Below are positions 53,795 to 64,000 of a stretch of 64,000 bases of DNA, piece by piece. Numbering within the stretch: position 1 is the first letter of the stretch; each line of letters starts with the position of its first letter. The stretch is taken from positions 100,998,001-101,062,000 of the forward strand of contig NC_043000.1 in the NCBI RefSeq assembly GCF_006345805.1, given 5' to 3'. A program made the position numbers and the translations under genes. The DNA comes from Octopus sinensis. Taxonomy: Eukaryota. The notes under the pieces are model-generated. The model ran no database searches. It had not been told where the DNA came from and worked only from the letters and a program-made list of their open reading frames with translations.

Positions 53795-54310
53795 TTATCT
53801 TTTATCTGTTTCAGTCATTAGACTGTAGCCATGCTGGTGCACCATCTTGAAGAACTTTTAGTCGAATGAATTAACCCTAGTACTTTTTTTCAAACCTGAT
53901 ACTTATTCTGTCAGTCTCTTTTTGCTAAGCTGCGAAGTTATGGGGACATAAACAAACCAACAATGGTTGCAATGGTTGTCAAGTGGTTGGAGGACAAACA
54001 CACACACACACATACAGCAGGCTTCTTTCAGTTTCTTATTTTGTTACTGCCCACAAGGAGCTAAACATAGAGGGGACAAACAAGGACAAACAGATTAAGT
54101 CGATTATATTGACCCCAGTGCATAACTGGTACTTATTTAATCGACCCCGAAAGGATGAAAGGCAAAGTCAACCTTGGCTGAATTTGAACTCAGAACATAG
54201 CAGCAGACAAAATACCACTAAGCATTTCGCCCGGTGTGCTTCCAATTTCATTCACAAGTCTTTGGTCACCTTAAGGTTACAGTAGAAAACACTTGCCTAA
54301 GGTACCACTA
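53795..54310 (-). mobile_element. SINE family A with nested SINE family B (about 54031-54245)
   Basis: The family A sequence is split at ctttcagtttc by a family B copy. Confidence 0.75.
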
Positions 54311-54366
54311 TACACTACATGATAAATTAGCTGTACCTGGTATTGCTATTTTCTGTACGGTATGTA

Positions 54367-54932
54367 TTGGGTTGTCCGGAAAGTTTGTGCTGATTTTTAA
54401 AGGAAAGAAAAAGGTTAATAAATACTTGCCATTACATTTTTAATCAACTAAATATGAATCATTTTGTTGTATAATGCGTCTCCATCTTTCCTTTAACTTT
54501 AAAATACCCTCTTCCCAGAATTGAGGTGGTTTCATGGCAAAGTATTCATCAAGGTATCTTTTTACGTCATCCAATGAATTGAAATTTTTACCATTAAGAC
54601 TGTTCTGCAGAGACCTGAATAAGTGGAAATCCGAAGGAGCAATATCTGGTGAATATGGAGGGTGGGGTAACACATCCCAGCCAAGCTGCAGCAATTTTTG
54701 TCTGGTTCCCAAAGCATCAAGTGCCGAAGATGAACTTTCTTATCTTCCATTTTAAAGGGTTACAGAATTAACACAGGTTATAGGAAGATATACCTTCTTC
54801 CACAAAAAGATAGCTTAAACTGTGCTCTAAATGGAGGTGTTGTCAAATCCTATTTTATGAACTCAACCATGTTCTAAAATAAGTCAAAAGGTAAGCTACT
54901 ATAAATCAGCAAGAAATTTCCAGACAACCCAA
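54367..54932 (-). mobile_element. Internally deleted mariner transposon with TA TSD
   Basis: TIRs ttgggttgtccggaaag.../...ttccagacaacccaa. N-terminal MEDKKVHLRHLMLW is joined to C-terminal LPHPPYSPDIAPSDFHLF...ERW. Confidence 0.93.
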
Positions 54933-55179
54933 TATATTTGTGAATCTTAAGTTTTTCCTTGGGTAATGCTCAGTACTTTTTGTTTTATTCCAATCCTTTC
55001 TAAAGATATATTATGATAGGAATTGTTTGTTTTCATTCCCAAAATTAGGATTATCTCTATTTCCAAAACTATCTAATTCGATAATTTTTCTATTTCTTTT
55101 AAACAAACATTATCAACTGTTGGAAACCAACACTTCAATGAGGATGCACTTCCTTTCTATTATTGTTGTTATTGTTGTT

Positions 55180-55610
55180 GTTGCTTTGGTTGTTGTTTGA
55201 AACTTTTATTGGTGCTGTTGTTCTTGTCATTGTTTTCGTTGCCTTCTGGAGAGGGTAGTACTGCCTCCCAGTATTTTTGTCGAAAGGTACGTGAACATAA
55301 TGAGGATGGCCCATGTTAATGGACCTACTCTGAACATGCACTTGTAGGCCAGAGAAGTTGAGAGTAAGTGACATGCTTGCCTGTGGTGCCCTTGGAGGTC
55401 AGGGTGACCAGGATGTGTAGGGTTCCTTGGTTGACCTTGTGAGGAATTCCCTCACCCACTTTTGGAGAATTTTATTGTTTAAATTTTGTTGTTAATTGTA
55501 ATTGTTATTTGTTTTGTACATGAAAATTGTGCTTAACCCCACTTGTCCCTCGTGTCATATTATTCCTATTTATTTTGTGTTCAGCCTTTGTGGCCAATAA
55601 AGAAGATCTA
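55180..55610 (+). mobile_element. Probable LINE 3' UTR remnant ending AATAAA + (TAT)n
   Basis: GC-richer block ending ctttgtggccaataaagaagatc followed by (tat)n; no coding motif recognised. Confidence 0.35.
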
Positions 55611-57050
55611 TTATTATTATTATTATTATTATTATTTTATTATTATTATTATTATTATCATTTTTATTATCATTATTAGTAGTAGTAGCAGCAGCAGCAA
55701 AAGTTGCAGCAGTTGTAGTATGGTTGTGTGAGCCAATATCAGAAATCAATATTTAGTTTTTTTATTATTATTATTATTATTATTTTATTATTATTATATT
55801 ATTATTATCATTATTATCATTATTATTATTGTTATTATTATTATATTATTATTATTATATTATTATTATTATATTATTATTATTATTATTATTATTATCA
55901 TTATTGTTATTATCATTATTATTATCATTATTATTATTGTTATTATCATTATTATTATTTTATTATTATTATTATTATATTATTATTATTAATACTATTC
56001 TAACATCCTAATTGTTGCCATACCATTTATTATATCAGAAATCATTATTATAATCGTTACCCTCTTTGTTATGATCTGTTGTTGTTAAATATTTGTTGCA
56101 TGTTTTACTTTTTCTTTCTTTTGTACTTCGTTTATTAAATCTTCAATATTTATAAATATATCAAATCCATTTGAAATTCAATAAAATTACATGTATGATT
56201 TACACTTTCCCGTTACCATATGCAATCAACACTGGGGTTGCATTGAAGTGGGTGAGGGTCCCTTCTTCGTGTTTTGATTCGGAACACAAGTTTACTGATT
56301 ACTATCAATGTCTAAAACAAACACAGATGTGTTACCAGATTGCTTTTTTTTCTTTTTCTTTCTTTTTTTTTTTTGTTTTTTTGAAGAGCAATGTATGTGA
56401 CTCCTCTATAATAAGTTGGCTGCATTTAGATTATAGCACTTAAGTTCTTGGCAAAAGCAAGATCCTAAATATTCAAAGTACTCTGTGAACTCCTGAAAGT
56501 TTGTGTCTATGTAACATCATCAAAATCCTCATCTAATGTCCATTTTCTATACTTACATGCATCTGACGGAATTTGTTGGGGTGAATTTTCTACAGATGGA
56601 TGATCTTCCTGTCACCAAACCTAATCTTTTTGCAAGCAATGTGAGATTTTTCCTTAGTTAAACATGTTTTTTTATGGACAACTGGAAAGAAAAAATATCA
56701 CTTGTATAATAATGGTGCTCATTTATAATAATCACGTGATGTCTAGACAAGGGTACACACAAACACATATGCACACTCACACACACACTAACACACATAC
56801 ACATACAAACACACACATGCACACATAAACACACACACACAAACACACACACACACACAAACAAATACACACAAACATACACACACATACATACACACAC
56901 AGACACACATACACACATACACACAAACACAAATGCACACATACACACAAACACAAATACATACACAAACACACATAAACACACAAACACAAGTGCACAC
57001 AAACACACACACACACTAACACACATACACACAAACACAAATGCACACAT

Positions 57051-57081
<31 letters not shown>

Positions 57082-57638
57082 CACACACACACACACAACT
57101 CAATTAGGAACATACTCTCCGGCAGCATTTATGGTTTGGAAACCGTTTACACTTCATTTGAATATCCAAGGCATCACAAGAATTTCCAGGCTTCTTTCAG
57201 TTTCCATCTACCAAAACCACTCACAAGTGGCATGATAGAAGACACTTGCCTAAGGTGCCACACAGTGGGATTGAACCCAAAACAATATGGCTGGGAAGCA
57301 AGCTTCTTATCCACACAGCCATGCCTGAATATGAATATTTGTTACTGGACATTGAATGAGGAGGACACTCAAAGACATTGAGACTGTTGTAACAAATCTC
57401 TTTGACGTAAATAAGCTGTGTGTATGTAGGTGAAGGAAATCATATGAATAATCACGTTCGTATTTATACATATTTCCTTCACCCCTTTAATTCTCTATAT
57501 CATTTGTATTCCATGTAAATTGGATCTTTTTATATGTATGTTACATACATTTTTTGTATTTCATGTATTTTAATATCTAATATAATAAATGTAAAAACGA
57601 ATTTCTGTGTGTCAGTGTGCCACACTTTGACCCACCCT

Positions 57639-57669
<31 letters not shown>

Positions 57670-58050
57670 GTCCATTCAATGACACTTCTGCAATTCCTCA
57701 TGCTGAGGTGAGAGTAATAGTAGGCATAGAGACGGTGAGGGTAGTAGTGAAGATAGACAGAGAGTTAGGGAGAAAGAAAAAGAGAGGGAGAGAAAGAGAG
57801 ACAAAGAAATTTAAGGAGAATTGATGATCTTGTATTACAAGTAGTAACATTGATGGTGGTAGTGGGAGTAATAATAAGAGAGAGAGAGAGAAAGAGTGGG
57901 TATGCAAGAGAAAGAGAGAGATGATGGAGAACCTTGTTTAACCAAGTTCCTGTGGCTAACATGCTGAACACTGAACCAACATACTGAACACTTTTACACA
58001 CACATATAGCACTTTGCTTTTATCATTTTTGTTTTACTTTTTGCTTTCTT

Positions 58051-58083
<33 letters not shown>

Positions 58084-59059
58084 AATACATACACACACAT
58101 ACACACATATATATAAAATTCACTTTAATTGAAATAAATTTTCCCCCAAATTAAACATATCTAATACAATAGATGTGAATGCTAGCATGTCACACTTTTT
58201 CAACTTTAATAAATCCTTTCTAATGGAAGCACAAAGCCTCAAATTTTGGGCACAGGGATTAATTCGATTACATCAACCCCAATACATAACTGGTACTAAT
58301 TTTATTGACGCTGAAAGGATGAAAGACAAAGTCGACCTTGGTGGAATTCAAATTCAAAACCTAACAGCAAACAAAATACCGCTAAGCATTGTGCCTGGCA
58401 TGCTAACAATTCTGCCACCTCACTGCCTTAATATAATATAATAATATAATATAATTAATATAATATAATTAATATAATATAATAATATAATATAATGAAT
58501 GTCAGTGTGTCATGCTTTTTCAACTTTACTCTGTAGCTCAACATATCATACCATTTTGGAATCAAGCCAACTCCATAAGTAAATTAAAAACATTCCAGGC
58601 CAAATCCAGACTTGCAATACTGAAATTTTGGATTCCTATATTTTCTTTACCATGATTGTTTTCGGTAATTTTTTTACATGATTTTTTGTGACGAATATAA
58701 TCATCATTGGGATATGACTCTGAAAGAAACAATTGTAACAAATTCTCCAAAACAAGTCAGTGATCTATTTGCAGATCTTTTCATTCAGGGTCAGTTGCTT
58801 AAAAGCTATATACTAGCTTAAAAGCCACCCAATAAGGCAGTTTTTAAGCTACTACTATATATATTGACCTGTCCAAACTGCTTGTCCTTACATTTACTTC
58901 TCCACCATCTCAAGTTTAAATCTCTTGAGCACTACTAAGTATATTCTATGCAAAGAATATCTGGATCTCATCCATGAACTATATATTATATTTAAATACA
59001 TACCTGTATGCACACATGCATATTCCAATAACATACACAATTACAATATAACTTGCACT

Positions 59060-59471
59060 AGGCTGTGTAGGAGTGGCTGTGCAGTAAGTAGCTTACAAAT
59101 GACGAGGTGGCAGAAACGTTAGCACGCCAGGCGAAATGCGTAGCCGTTTTCGTCTGTTGTTACGTTCTGAGTTCAAATTCTGCCAAGGTCGACTTTGCCT
59201 TTCATCCTTTCGGGGTCGATTAAATAAGTACCAGTTACGTACTGGGGTCAATGTAATTGACTTAATCCGTGTGTCTGTCCTTGTTTGTCCCCTCTGTGTT
59301 TAGCCCCTTGTGGGTAGTAAAGAGATAAGTAGCTTACAAACCACATGGTTCTGGGTTCAGTCCCACTGTGTGGCACCTTGGGCAAGTGTCTTCTACTATA
59401 GCCTCGGGCCGACCAAAGCCTTGTGAGTGGATTTGGTAGACGGAAACTGGAAGAAGCCTCTCGTATATATG

Positions 59472-59506
<35 letters not shown>

Positions 59507-59748
59507 ATGTACGTGTGTGTACGTGTGTGTATATATTTGTGTATCTGTGTTTGTCCCCCCCAACATCACTTGACAACTGATGCTGGTGTGTTTACATCCC
59601 CGTAACCTAGCAGTTCGGCAAAAGGGACCGATAGAATAAGTACTAGGCTTACAAAGAATAAGTCCTGGGGTCTATTTGCTCGACTAAAGGCAGTGCTCCA
59701 GCATGGCCACAGTCAAATGACTGAAACAAGTAAAAGAGTAAAAGAGTA
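59060..59748 (+). mobile_element. SINE family A with nested SINE family B (59100-59325)
   Basis: 15-bp TSD taagtagcttacaaa at 59085-59099 and 59326-59340. Confidence 0.9.
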
Positions 59749-62037
59749 ACCATGAAAGCTACCAATTAACAAAATCAATTGAACACAAATTAGTTTCAAA
59801 TTTTAGTGCAAGGGTAAGTTAATTACATCAGCCAGTGCTCAACTGGTACTTATTTTATTCACCCCAAAAGTATGAAAGGCAAAGCTGACCTCGGTGGGAT
59901 TTGAACTCAAAATGTAAAAATGGATGAAATGCCACTAAGCATTTTGCATGGCGTGCTGATTCTGCCAGCTTGACACATTATAACATTAAAAACATGAGTG
60001 AAGAGAGAAGACTTTATGATGCAAAAGCTCAACAAAAATATATACAAATAAACAAACAAACATAGACATACCAGAGTCAGCTGCCTATCAGAAATTCAAG
60101 TGACCTGATTGGTTAAAAGAACTTTTGTAAAATGTACTTTTATTAAGCAATGTAATTTACCTATAATAAAATAAAGAAAATCTAACAAAATTATTTCCTT
60201 TAAAATTATTTCCTTTTTTCTCCAGATCATGTTATCTATTTACACACACACACATAAATGCATACACACACACTCAAAGTACAGTAATGCCTTAATATAT
60301 GAGTTAACTTGTTCCTGGAGAAAACTCATATACAGAAAATAAAACTTGTAAACCTGGGGTCTCATAAAGCAGGTCCTCATAAAGTGAGGTATTATTGTAG
60401 TTGAATTATTTGACCCAATTTCTGTCCCTGAGTGTAGCCATTTTAATTTCACCTACATTCACCATACAACCAGAAGGACGTCAAGACAGACATGAAATAA
60501 TTTAAATAATGCATGCAGGGGAGGTCTTCTTAACACATAGAATACATTCAAAAATATCTTTGTGTAAACCATTGCTATAGCCAGAAATCAGAGATAAAAG
60601 GAGTAAAAAAAACATAACCAGGGTCTTAACCTGACAAAGAACTCAGCCAGAGGCCTACTGTTGCTCTTACCATTATTCTAACAGCTTATCTTGATAATAC
60701 AATGTTCACAGTAAGCAACTAAATGAGAAATAAATTAAAAGCCACCAAAGTAAAATACAAAAGCCTGAGGATACAAACAGTGGCCTGCACTTACAAAAAA
60801 TTGTTTGATAAGAATAAATTCACAAAACAGAATTTGAAGTACATATGTCATGATCCACCCTTTGGTCATGAAATTCTTAATTACAACTCTTTTATTTTAT
60901 TGTTTTTGTCATTCATGTCTTTGCTGATCAACAGAGCCAGTTCAAGAAGTTAAAAGTTTCTTCTTTTCTATCTTGTTTCCTCCAACATAACACACAAACT
61001 TATACTTTTATTTACTGATCCGTATCAAACTAAACCTGAACAGCTTCAATCATTGATCCACTGACAATGGAAATACATATTTATATTTGTTAATATCCTC
61101 AAGAAATAACTAAAATGAAATGGAAATTCTTTGGTGATAATTATTTTACCACATTTAAACCATTTTAAAACTTTGTGGTTACTTTCATATAGTGAAATTA
61201 TTTAATATTACATCATGAATCAGCAACTACAGCAACAACAACTTTTCAGTTTGCATTTCATTTGTTCTCTACTTTCACTTTCATTCCATTTTAATGCTAT
61301 AGTTGTTGAACAACAGAAATGAGAAGACAGTATTTTGTTACACTTAATATTTCTCATACACTTATCTGTGTGTGTGTGTACACAGATAATTATAAACAAA
61401 CATAGATACTAGTTTACATACATGCACATAGCCACACATACATATATGACAGTAACAAGAACAAATAATTGGTAAATGCAACAATAGAATATTTCTTGAT
61501 GCAAAGTTTAGCAAAGGACTTAATGGTAGAGAATAATTCAATTTTATCAAAGTGTTAATATAATAACATAACTTAAACAGAATGACATATCAAAGACAAA
61601 ACAAGTTATATATACATATATAAAGTGAGCTGCAGGAAATATTAATATGCCAGAGAAAATGCTTAGGACATCTCATCTGTGTTATATACTGAGTTCAAAT
61701 TTCGCCATGGTTAACCTTACCTTTCGCCCTTTTAGGGTTGGGTACTTCGTTTTTGGGTTTTCCCTTCCTGAGCATTAAACTAATACATCTCTTTGTTGTC
61801 TACACCACCTGTCTTCATCTTTTGTTTTTTTGTGAATTCTCTCGATATCCCTCTCTCTCTTTCGGAGAGGCACTGAGCAGCTATACGCACACATACACAC
61901 AAGGCAGTAACTTCCACCTACCGAATCCAATCACAAAGCTTCGGCCGGCTCATATATATATATATATATATACATATATACATATGTACATATTCAGTAT
62001 GTATATGTGAGTGTGTCAATATATTTTTTTTTTTTTT

Positions 62038-62414
62038 TTTACTTGTTTCAGTCATTTGACTGTGGCCATGCTGGAGCACCGCCTTTAATCGAGCAACTCG
62101 ACCCCGGGACTTATTCTTTGTAAGCCCAGTACTTATTCTATTGCTAAGTGGCGGGGACATAAACACACCAGCATCGGTTGTCAAGCAATGCTAGGGGGAC
62201 AAACACAGACACACAAACACACATGCACACACATATATATATACATATATACGACAGGCTTCTTTCAGTTTCCGTCTACCAAATCCACTCACAAGGCTTT
62301 GGTCGGCCCAAGGCTATAGTAGAAGACACTTGCCCAAGGTGCCACGCAGTGGGACTGAACCCAGAACCATGTAGTTCGTAAGCAAGCTACTTACCACACA
62401 GCCACTCCTGCGCC
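62038..62414 (-). mobile_element. SINE family A
   Basis: Full-length match to the family. Confidence 0.9.
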
Positions 62415-62866
62415 TATATATATATATGTAATAAAAAGTCAGGGTATAACGTGTATATATTGTAACCTGACTTTTTATTATGTATTTTACTTCTTTGAAT
62501 TATGTTTGCTGGCCACTTTATCATTAATGTTATATATAATGATAACTTTTTCGAATCTTAAATGAATGTAAGTATGTATGTATATATGTGTGTGTGTGCA
62601 TGCATACATGCGTGTGTGTGTATGATGGATAATAAAATGTGAGAGATCAATGCTAGATGCATCAAACAATTGTCATGATTAATAATTCTCATATTCCATC
62701 TTTCATATATATATATAGTCACTATGAGGATATTTAGACCTCTTATAGGGATGTTTTTATCTAAGATACATTGGTTCTATATATTGTATTTTAAAGAGAC
62801 ATTTCTTCAATGAATATACTATATAAAATATCATGAAATATCAATTATTATTATTAAGATCTAATG

Positions 62867-63372
62867 GATACAAATTAATTTATTAATTAATTAACATCTT
62901 CACCTACAATTGCTTCATTTCACATCCAATTCAAACTACAAAACATATATAATATATAACCTTGCATTTCAAAATACCTTGGGTGTAAATCATCACGGCA
63001 TGCAAAGGGTATTTTCAAATGCAAGATTTAAAACAAAAAAAGAACACGATTTCCTGTGACCATTGCCAGTACCGCCTGACTTGCCCTTGTGCCGGTGGTA
63101 CGTAAAAGCACCCACTACACTCTCGGAGTGGTTGGCGTTATGAAGGGCATCCAGCTGTAGAAACTCTGCCAAATCAAGATTGGAGCCTGGTGCAGCCATC
63201 TGGTTTGCCAGTCCTCAGTCAAATCGTCCAACCCATGCTAGCATGGAAAATGGACGTTAAACGACGACGACGACGATGATGATGATGATGATATGTTTTG
63301 TAGTTTAAATTGGATGTGAAATTAAACAATTGTAGGTGAAGATGTTAATTAATTGATAGATTAATTTGTATC
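62867..63372. repeat. 82-bp inverted repeats enclosing a LINE-tail insertion
   Basis: Arms 62867-62948 and 63291-63372 differ at 5 positions. Confidence 0.85.
63055..63290 (+). mobile_element. Short copy of the RTE-LINE 3' end inside a fold-back repeat
   Basis: Same terminus with (gac)n(gat)n tail. Confidence 0.85.
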
Positions 63373-63443
63373 TCTGTTTTCAAACTTAATAATAATATTA
63401 ATAATAATAACAATAATAATGATAATAATAATAATATATTATT

Positions 63444-64000
63444 CAAATCAAAATAGATGAATATCAATGGAATTTGTATCTTGTGGTTCCAGTACCGGTG
63501 GCACACAAGAAAACCATCCGAACGTGGCCGTCGACTGGCCTCCGTGTGTGGGCACAACAAACACCATCTGATCGTGGGCGTTCGCCAGCCTCACCTGGCA
63601 CCTGTGTCGGTGGCACATAAAAACACACCACCATCCAAAGACCCGGCGACGTAGTCAGTCCACCTGTGCTTACCTTCCCTCTTATGACACTTGTGAGACC
63701 TGTTGAGGCAGAGGCAAGTGTGTGACACTTGTGAAGACCTGTTGAGGCAGAGGCAAGTGTGTGACACTTGTGGAGACCTGTTGAGGCAAGTGTGTGACAC
63801 GCGTGACACTTGTGAAGACCTGTTGAGGCAAGTGAAATCAAACCAAATCAAAATAGATGAACATCAATGGAATTTGTATCTTTGTGGTTCCAGTACCGGT
63901 GGCACACAAGAAAACCATCCGATCGTGGCCGTTCGCCAGCCACATCTGGCACCTGTGTCGGTGGCACATAAAGACACCATCCGAAGACCCGGCGACGTAG
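63444..64000 (+). mobile_element. RTE-LINE 3'-UTR-type modular repeat (400-bp duplication containing four 33-39-bp units)
   Basis: caaatcaaaatagatga recurs at 63444 and 63844. The tgacacttgtg(a/g)agacctgttgaggca units at 63685, 63723, 63762 and 63804 resemble the reverse complement of the 34.6-35.0 kb UTR. Confidence 0.7.

Overview
Eukaryotic, AT-rich, repeat-dense non-coding DNA (intronic or intergenic). The SINE families and extreme (TA)n/(CA)n/(GATA)n/(CATA)n/(ATT)n load resemble a cephalopod (Octopus-type) genome; this is inference. Almost all listed ORFs are microsatellite or SINE artefacts, and no host gene can be called with confidence. Recognisable coding remnants are all transposons: a nearly full, frameshifted Neptune-type Penelope-like element (RT + Cys linker + GIY-YIG, about 16.1-19.2 kb, minus), a second decayed PLE, RTE-like LINE fragments (one with a PHD-like finger), two R4/Dong-like REL-endonuclease remnants, two internally deleted mariners, hAT-type MITEs and many tRNA-derived SINEs. 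The most notable unannotated signal is a dense set of sequence-unrelated type I hammerhead ribozyme motifs, most in short cassettes embedded in (TA)n-type microsatellites. One has a fully canonical core (37628-37724, minus). One has a near-perfect fold with a U4C core and a downstream AATAAA (34225-34306). One is a U3-A8 covariant at the 3' end of the PLE, and several more are decayed. The window also has several long fold-back hairpins and a fixed-spacing CRE-CCAAT array in the PLE 3' region. All folds were read by eye and coordinates of decayed repeats are approximate.
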